From Octopus sinensis (lineage: Eukaryota), in the NCBI RefSeq assembly GCF_006345805.1, contig NC_043006.1, forward strand, positions 75,888,001-75,952,000: a stretch of DNA of 64,000 bases. The letters run 5' to 3'. How positions within the stretch are numbered: the first letter of the stretch is position 1; every line of letters begins with the position of its first letter. Both the position numbers and the translations under genes were made by a program. The notes under the pieces were generated by a model. It ran no database searches, was not told where the DNA came from, and saw nothing but the letters and a program-made list of their open reading frames with translations. Positions 55,975 through 64,000 of the stretch are shown here, in pieces.

Positions 55975-56376
55975 TTACTCTTTTACTTGTTTTAGTCATG
56001 TGACTGTGGCCATGCTGGAGCACTGCCTTTAGTCGAGCAAATCGACCCCAGGACTTATTCTTTGTAAGCCTAGTTCTTATTCTTTCGGTCTCTTTTTGCC
56101 AAACCGCTAAGTTACGGGGACGTAATCACTCCAGCATCGGTTGTCAAGCGATTGGGGGGGGAGGCAAACACAGACACACAAACACACACACACACATATA
56201 TATGTATACATATATACAAGGGCTTCTTTCAGTTTCCGTCTAACAAATCCACTCACAAGGATTCGGTAGGCCCGAGACTAGTAGAAGACACTTGCCCAAG
56301 ATGCCACGCGATGGGACTGAACCCGGAACCATGTGGTTCGTAAGCATGCTACTTGCCGAAACAGTCACTCCTGCGC
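55670..56376 (-). mobile_element. SINE family B: partial copy (55670-55850) plus full copy (55974-56376)
   Basis: High similarity to 36694-37098. Confidence 0.9.
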
Positions 56377-56927
56377 CTATCATTCATAATTCTTACAATA
56401 ACTATGCAGGGTCAAGTACTGAAGATGACAATAACATCTTACACAACTAAGTTCAAGTACTAAGTACAAGATCAAAGCAAAATATATAGTTAGCTAGCAT
56501 ATTCTTGACAGTGAGCATAATGGGCCTAATTAGAAATAATTACTCGTCAATAGAAATTATAACATTAGCTTCATGAGCTAATTAAGATAACGGTGTAAGA
56601 ATGTTGTTACATTGCAAACGGTATAGCACAAAAATTCAATAATTCACAGCATCTATTTTCGTTCTTCGCAGATCAGAGTCAGTGAAAATAAAGAAAAAAT
56701 AAATTAAGGACTGGCAAATAATTCAATAAAATCTATTGTAATTGAACAAGTACGGAGAAAATACCCGGCGCGTTTCGGTTTTATTAGACTTCTGTAGCAA
56801 GTCAAATAAAAGGCTCCACTACAATGTCTACTAAAATTAACCTTGCGATCGTGTAGACAGAAGTCAACGCTTTAAAATATTATTACAAGTGAGGCTTCAG
56901 GGAGCCAGATTAATGTATTAAACTCCA

Positions 56928-56969
<42 letters not shown>

Positions 56970-56979
56970 TATATATATG

Positions 56980-57044
<65 letters not shown>

Positions 57045-57088
57045 CTAATAATAATAAAATTAGGGAGTAAATTTAATTTAATTTAATT

Positions 57089-57112
<24 letters not shown>

Positions 57113-57119
<7 letters not shown>

Positions 57120-57726
57120 TCAATATAGGGTGGTGAAAAAAATTTTGTAGAATTCTTTTTGCCACCAGCGGCCTAGTGGGAAAAAATTAAATAGTCGTAG
57201 ACCATTTTTAAGTTCAACATCAACAATCAAGGAACGGCCATAATAGGCCATTCACCCACTAGAAATAACAGCCAAAGCTTCAACCGCAAATAAAGATCAA
57301 TTCCGTAAACAGGAGAAAATTTAAAAAAACATTTACCCTGTAATTTCTTGTACGATGCACCGTTTCGTCTGCTGTTTAATGGTAAACTAACCTGATTAAA
57401 TTAAATCAAGCCAATCTTCCATAGGCCCTCAGATTCTTCAGCAAGAAATAGCCAAGTCGGAACAGATATTTTCACGAGGCATTTCCGACCCTGCCAAGGC
57501 AATATCTGACCTAAAATTTTCAAATCGTCGCACTCGCGCCAAATTTATCGGCAGCAAATAAATATAAGCCGTCGATTCCATTACGGAATTAACCAGAAAA
57601 TTCATAATTAATCAATATAGGGTTTTAAATTTTCTCCTGTTTACGGAATTGATCTTTATTTGCGGTTGAAGCTTTGGCTGTTATTTCTAGTGGGTGAATG
57701 GCCTATTATGGCCGTTCCTTGATTGT

Positions 57727-57731
<5 letters not shown>
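57113..57731 (-). mobile_element. Retrozyme-like element, 492-bp unit, with 109-bp inverted end
   Basis: 18-bp direct repeat at 57113-57130 and 57605-57622; 57623-57731 is the perfect reverse complement of 57218-57326; flanked by (TA)n; homologous to the 53k element. Confidence 0.8.
57343..57449 (-). ncRNA. Type I hammerhead ribozyme (A10.1-C11.1 mismatch)
   Basis: AUUUCUUG CUGAAGA AUCUG [58 nt] CAGAC GAAA CGGUGCAUCG UA^ CAAGAAAU; 8-bp stem I. Confidence 0.75.
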
Positions 57732-57814
<83 letters not shown>

Positions 57815-58111
57815 ATATACATTACGGGTTTTAGTGACTAGATACCAGCCATACTAGAACGCCTGCTTCAAGTGGTTTAGTTGACCAGGATTTGTCTAGT
57901 ATTTAGTTTTTTTCATTCAGCAATGTATGTCATTGCTCTATATTCGCTGATTGGTCATATTTCTATGACATAAATACGAATGCAGATTCAAATAGAATGT
58001 ACGTGTGCGTGTACATACACACATATTTATAAGCTCCAAGCTTATAAAAGTATTATTATTATTGTTTACAGAATTGTAAAAGTACACCACTGCTTATCGA
58101 ATCAACGCATG

Positions 58112-58178
<67 letters not shown>

Positions 58179-58479
58179 GTATGGTAGTATGTCCCAGGGA
58201 TACGTCCAACTGATGGACGTATCTTCGACAGAAGGCATCATTGTGAACCAGGGTTGATTTTCTAGCATGCCTGATGATGATTCTGATATCGTAGTCACTG
58301 ATATAGAGGAACTGCCTACCAAAATCTGAAACCCTCAGGAGGAAGAATTTCGGTATCGAACTAGCAGGCTGATTTATTTTTCAAGCTGTAGTATCAACTT
58401 TGTTGATTCCGCAGCGTTTCTAAAATCTCAATGATAGTATAGAGATTACACTTTATTACGATCCGTTATTCGCCCTTAA

Positions 58480-58700
58480 AGTATATCCTACACTAATGGT
58501 TAGGAGGATATTAAGGTCTATGCTCTTTAAGCGTGATATATGTAAAAGACCTGGTGAGGCGGCTCACATAATTCTGTATATTTAGATGAGTGGCTAGCTC
58601 TTTCGCTTTATAGTTTATGTAATTGTATATAGAAGTGTTTGTTTCCTTGTATGTTTCTGTAATTGTGTTTGTATTTTGAATTTGTCAGCTCGTGTATTGT
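58480..58700 (-). mobile_element. Penelope-like RT N-terminal relic
   Basis: INYKAKELATHLNIQNYVSRLTRSFTYITLKEHRP resembles the PLE 'FITLKDHK' motif. Confidence 0.45.
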
Positions 58701-59170
58701 TTGACGAAGAAGGCTTTAGAATCTTTTAACCTTACACCAACCACTTTTGTAAATCTGCTGCGTTAAGCAGCCCTGGTGTGGTTTCACATGTAATAACTGA
58801 TGTCGCTAAATATACTTTAACGCAATTTCTAGTCATGTCGGCAACAGCTAGCTATCCACCGACATCCTGTACGAACAAGTGGGCCGAAGAAGTAATAAAA
58901 TACCTGATGTCGCTTTCAGACCAGTAATATCACCTGACGTGGCCAGACATCTTGCATTTTTCTTCTTTCTCGTTATTTTTCTGTAGTTGCTTGACGATAT
59001 AGTTTCATTCTACTAACCTAAGGAACTTTATGCATTATGGAACTGAATCAAGGTGCTCTTAGATAATAAATGCATCTCCTACTAAATTTGTTGATTGTCA
59101 CTTTGTTTCATTTGTCCATTCACTTGTATCAAATGAGATATATATATATATATATTATATATATATATAT

Positions 59171-60325
59171 GATGAAAATAAAATAACAAACAAAGAGGAC
59201 GTGCACATGGTATGTTTTGGTTTGACGGTCGGTAAGAAGAGAGAGTTTTTGACGTTTCGAGCATAGATCTTCGTCGGAAAGAAACACAGATTTTTTCAAA
59301 GAAGGGGGAAAATCACAAACATACATCAAATAGAATATGGGACTGGTAGGAAAAACGATGGGCTACGGATTTAAATACACTACTTATTTACTCAAAACGT
59401 ATTCCATTGTGATTCCAAATCTCATCCCGTTTGACTTTACCTTCCACCGCCTTCCAAGTTTGACACAATAGATACTAGACATATTCTAATGTCGAAGCTA
59501 CAGACTTATTTCCTGTCTCTACAAATTTGTATCTCTATGTCAACTATAAAATCAATATTTCAGAGCCACTAGAAAACTAGTTAAATATGCGTTTTGTACT
59601 TTGTATTCATAGAAAATTTGTGTATAATACATTGTGAAATTAACTTTGAATTGCCAAATTATTCTTATTAACAATATCGATGATGTTGATATACAATGTA
59701 CATGATGGTAATTTGATTCAGTAGTCATTATATATAATATATATATATATATGATGAAAATAAAATAACAAACAAAGAGGACGTGGACATGGTATGTTTT
59801 GGTTTGACGGTCGGTAAGAAGAGAGAGTTTTTGACGTTTCGAGCATAGATCTTCGTCGGAAAGAAACACAGATTTTTTCAAAGAAGGGGGAAAATCACAA
59901 ACATACATCAAATAGAATATGGGACTGGTAGGAAAAACGATGGGCTACGGATTTAAATACACTACTTATTTACTCAAAACGTATTCCATTGTGATTCCAA
60001 ATCTCATCCCGTTTGACTTTACCTTCCACCGCCTTCCAAGTTTGACACAATAGATACTAGACATATTCTAATGTCGAAGCTACAGACTTATTTCCTGTCT
60101 CTACAAATTTGTATCTCTATGTCAACTATAAAATCAATATTTCAGAGCCACTAGAAAACTAGTTAAATATGCGTTTTGTACTTTGTATTCATAGAAAATT
60201 TGTGTATAATACATTGTGAAATTAACTTTGAATTGCCAAATTATTCTTATTAACAATATCGATGATGTTGATATACAATGTACATGATGGTAATTTGATT
60301 CAGTAGTCATTATATATAATATATA
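59171..60325. repeat. 582-bp tandem duplication bounded by (TA)n tracts
   Basis: 59171-59752 is repeated at 59753-60325; one substitution noticed (59204 C vs 59786 G). Confidence 0.95.
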
Positions 60326-62449
60326 ATTTCGATAATTATATTTAATAAACTCACTTCCAAACATATACTGGCTGTAATCTAATTGAATTCAGTTGCGTCT
60401 AAAACAATATATTTTTAATTTATACCTCTCATTATTAAGAATGATTATATGACGTAAATTCATCTTCTATAGATACTGGCAATTTAACCGCACAACATTT
60501 ATCAAATATTTGTTCTTTGACTCTTTCGTAATCAACTATTATCTTCAACGCAGGAAATAAATTCAACGTGGTGGTGAAATTGGCTATTAAAATATTTCTG
60601 AAAATTTACTCTATTAAGGTACACCAGAGATTCAGAAATAAAAGGAACATCAACAAAAGGGCTTTTCGATTCTAATAGTTTGTATATGTATTGTTTCTTA
60701 CAAAATGCGTTGCCACGTGATTGGTACCAAGCTGTGTCGGCCCCTTTGCCTTTCCATTGCATAACATGGTGTCGTGGAGAGGGGAGGCTGTTATGCATGG
60801 GCGACTGCTGGTCTTCTATAACGTTGTCTGGACTTGTGCTTCGGAGGGGAACTTTCTATGTGCAATCCCATGGTCATTCATGACTGAGGAAGGCGGGGGA
60901 TATTTTTCTTCTTAAAAAATAATAAAAACTTTGGCTCTTGTCGGTGGAAAAGATTTCACAAAATTAATTCATTCATTATGTTCAGGTCTATGCGATATGA
61001 ACTGATGAGGTACCATTTCCAAACATTACATACTGATTTTAAAAATAATTTTATTGTGCTCTAGGACGCACAGGGCCGGTTTCCGGTCTCCATAGCGTAT
61101 TATTGACCAAGACGATAACACTGCCGCTGAGCGAGACGCAGAAACTTTGCAAAGTACAAGACCAAAAAATGTGAGGAGAGGGGAGATGTTAACGATGGCC
61201 CAATACTTGAGTAGTATTTCATTATATCGATCTCGAAAGGATGAAAGGGAAAGCTGGCCTCGGTGGGTTAAGAATTCAGAGTGTAAAGAGTTAGAAGAAA
61301 TGCCGCCAAGCAATTCGTCCTTCCCTCCACTCCCGGGCTAACGATTCTATCTTCTTTACTTAATAATGCAGGAGATCATGAGTTGTTTCTGCTAAATGTG
61401 CAAACCCTGAAATTTGTGGTTAACGGCTAAGTATTATTTCAAGACCAATGCTTAACTGGTATTTGCTTTAGCGACACCGAAAGAATAAAAGACAGAGTTG
61501 ACCTCGGCGGCATTTGAACTCACGACATAAAGTCGGAAGAGTTTTCTGTTATGCATTTTGTCTGGTGTGCTAACTCTCCTACTGGTTTGCCGTCTTACAT
61601 ATCAATGTTGGAGGTTATGAAAGTGGACAGCTCATCGTGAAGATCAATAAGAGAGTAGCTTATTAACGTTGCAGTGTTGCGTTTAAGTGGTTCAATGAGT
61701 TGTTTAAAAACAGTGGTTGGGCTTTGGTGACGTTTTGGCCACCATCTCCTAATACATTACAAAGAGACCAATCCTCTAGTTGTCATCGTACAATAATGAG
61801 TTATTGTACTTAACCTCCTCCCTTATTTAAACAAGCAAAGCATACATAAAAACGCGTATACATATACTCATATATATGTATACCCAGTCTCACACAAATA
61901 CACACACACACACACACGCACATACACACACACATATATAAATATATATACATCCATAAATAGACACATGTATAGTCATATATGGAGTCATAAATCTTGT
62001 AATTTTAGCTAAGAATGTTTTTTTATGATCACCAAAGCGAAATAATTGAATATAAGTAATATAACTTCAAATTGTACCTTCAAATCAATTTCCGGAATCC
62101 CATCGTGTTTCTGATTAGGAAGATATTTTCCACATGTCTCAGTTAACGTTGCATGAAGTATGTTTTGCAGTTTCAGCTTTTCTCAGATCAACCATTCATA
62201 TGTATCTCTAAACATCATGAGAAAAATCAACTGAATGAAAGTGTTTGCATCTTTGAATAGTTGGGTACTCTCTACTGCATATATGTCAGTCTTTTATCGA
62301 ATATTTGGAAGATGGTATTAAACTCAAGCATTTATATATCTATATGTATTAAATATTTTCTTGTTCTTATATGTGCTTATATACATATCTATAGAGTAGA
62401 AAAAATTCGGAATATTAGAACATATTTTTACATTACGTGGTATTGTCTA

Positions 62450-62650
62450 AGGCGGCGAGCTGGAAGAATCGTTACTGCGCCAGGCAAAGTGCTTAGAGGT
62501 ATTTCGCTTGAGAGTTCAAATGTCGTCGAAGTCGACTTTGCTTTTCATCCTCATGGGGTCGATAAAATAAGTATCATTTGAGTACTGGAGTTGATGAAAT
62601 CAACATATCCCTCATCCGAATTCGCTGGCCTTGTGCCAAAATTTGAAAAT
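62450..62650 (+). mobile_element. tRNA-derived SINE family C
   Basis: GGCGAGCTGGAAGAATCG...GAGTTCAAAT...GACTTTGCTTTTCATCC. Confidence 0.8.
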
Positions 62651-62870
62651 TCTCCGTAGTATTGTCAAATATAGGATCAGTTATGGCTTTGTGGCTGCGG
62701 TCTCAATCATGGGGGCTGTGGATTTAATCCCACTGCACAGCAAGTTGGGCAAGTGTCGTTTACCATTACGCCAGAAGACAGGAGAAACAATGACTAGTGA
62801 GTAGGCGGAAAATGTATAGAAGCCAAACACAGACACTCACACACATACGCACACATATATATATGTATGT

Positions 62871-62960
62871 ATTGTAATCCCTCTCCATAACGCGATTCAC
62901 GTATCGCGAAGTCAGTACATCACGGATTTTTCTGGCTAATATCCGTAAATTTATATCGTG
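62871..62960 (+). mobile_element. Possible pogo/Tigger-type end fragment
   Basis: GTAATCCCTCTCCATAACGCGATTCACGTATCGCG resembles recalled pogo MITE termini; no partner end found. Confidence 0.3.
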
Positions 62961-64000
62961 GACTCCTCAGTATATCAGGGTTTCTGCGGCCGATAGGTAT
63001 TTATATTTTTTCAGATTATAATTATTTCATCCTGTCGGTGTTTATAGAAAATTATGAATACAAATCGGGTGAGAGGCGGAATGTAAGAACGTGACTACAA
63101 AGGCTGTGCACTATTTGTTGTGCTCCTTGTAATTTGGGGTCGAATCTCTCCATTGTGTATTTGGGTGGAAGAATTAATTTCCATGGCCTAGTTTAACACC
63201 ATAAAATGGCATCATGGGTAAGTTTAGTGGAGTATAATCTGCTCTGCTGCAACTATTCGAACGAGTGCTCTAGCCTGGGTATACCCCACTCACTCACCAT
63301 TTTTTATGTCGGTAGGAACTCTGTACCTTCTTAACACGAAGGTTCGAACTGAGACGAATTGAACTTGGGTGCAGTTAGCGGATATTTCAATTGTTATTTG
63401 GATACGGAATTAGTTCAATGAATACAGGATATGAAGGAGCCTCTGCGTGGTCACTCGAAATTTAAGAACGAGCCCGCGAGTATATCTCAAATTATATATT
63501 AGTATACGGGGTACCATATTGAATAAAGTAGATAGAATGAATATACCTCAACGAAACTTAGGATGGCGTCACGTGGAATAGATTTGTTGTAGCATGGCTG
63601 ATCTGGATTTTAAAAAAAACAACATCAATCAAGCGGAACCTTGTTTATTGCATTAAATATGTGTCGTTATATATTCGGCCATACTGACAAGCGTATAGAG
63701 GTGAATGCCTTACTGTTTAACACAAGGGATCGGCACTAGAAACAACATTTCACGACGGCATGTATTTAAGCACAAAATGCATTCCAGAATCACATAAAGT
63801 TTATGCAAATTGCATCTGAAAGCTTAAAATGCCTGAAGTGTTGTTAACATAGCAAACAGGTCGGGCTTGTTAACTTTGTGTTTTTGATTCGCCAAATGCT
63901 TCTTACAATATAGCACTCATCTTCATAACACAACAAGAGCTCATCTGGTGCTAAAAACAAAAACCTGGCTCCAGTTCTATAATACCCATTTGTTTTAACC

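Noticed and set aside
61000-61035. Plus-strand CTGATGA hammerhead-like core
   Set aside because: G12 is missing and there is no stem I or III.

Overview
AT-rich, microsatellite-saturated eukaryotic DNA, most likely from an octopus. The species call is inferred from repeat families I recall and cannot be checked here. Frequent single-base indels inside (TA)n tracts suggest a long-read assembly. No complete protein-coding gene, tRNA, rRNA or CRISPR array is supported, and nearly all listed ORFs are microsatellite translations. The window is mainly decayed mobile DNA: CR1, RTE-like and R4/Dong LINE relics, Penelope-like (PLE) RT and GIY-YIG relics, a Gypsy LTR relic with a tRNA-Ser PBS, mariner/maT relics, several MITEs, tRNA-derived SINEs and a 183-bp SINE-derived tandem array. 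The strongest signal is a family of ~450-490-bp non-coding, retrozyme-like elements (35.4, 53.0 and 57.1 kb). Each carries a minus-strand type I hammerhead ribozyme fold with compensatory stem changes between copies and a palindromic stem III. The 53-kb copy is fully canonical, longer than one unit, and flanked by a 15-bp target-site duplication. Degenerate minimal hammerheads also occur in other repeat families. A few exon-like segments may belong to a host gene with long introns (low confidence).
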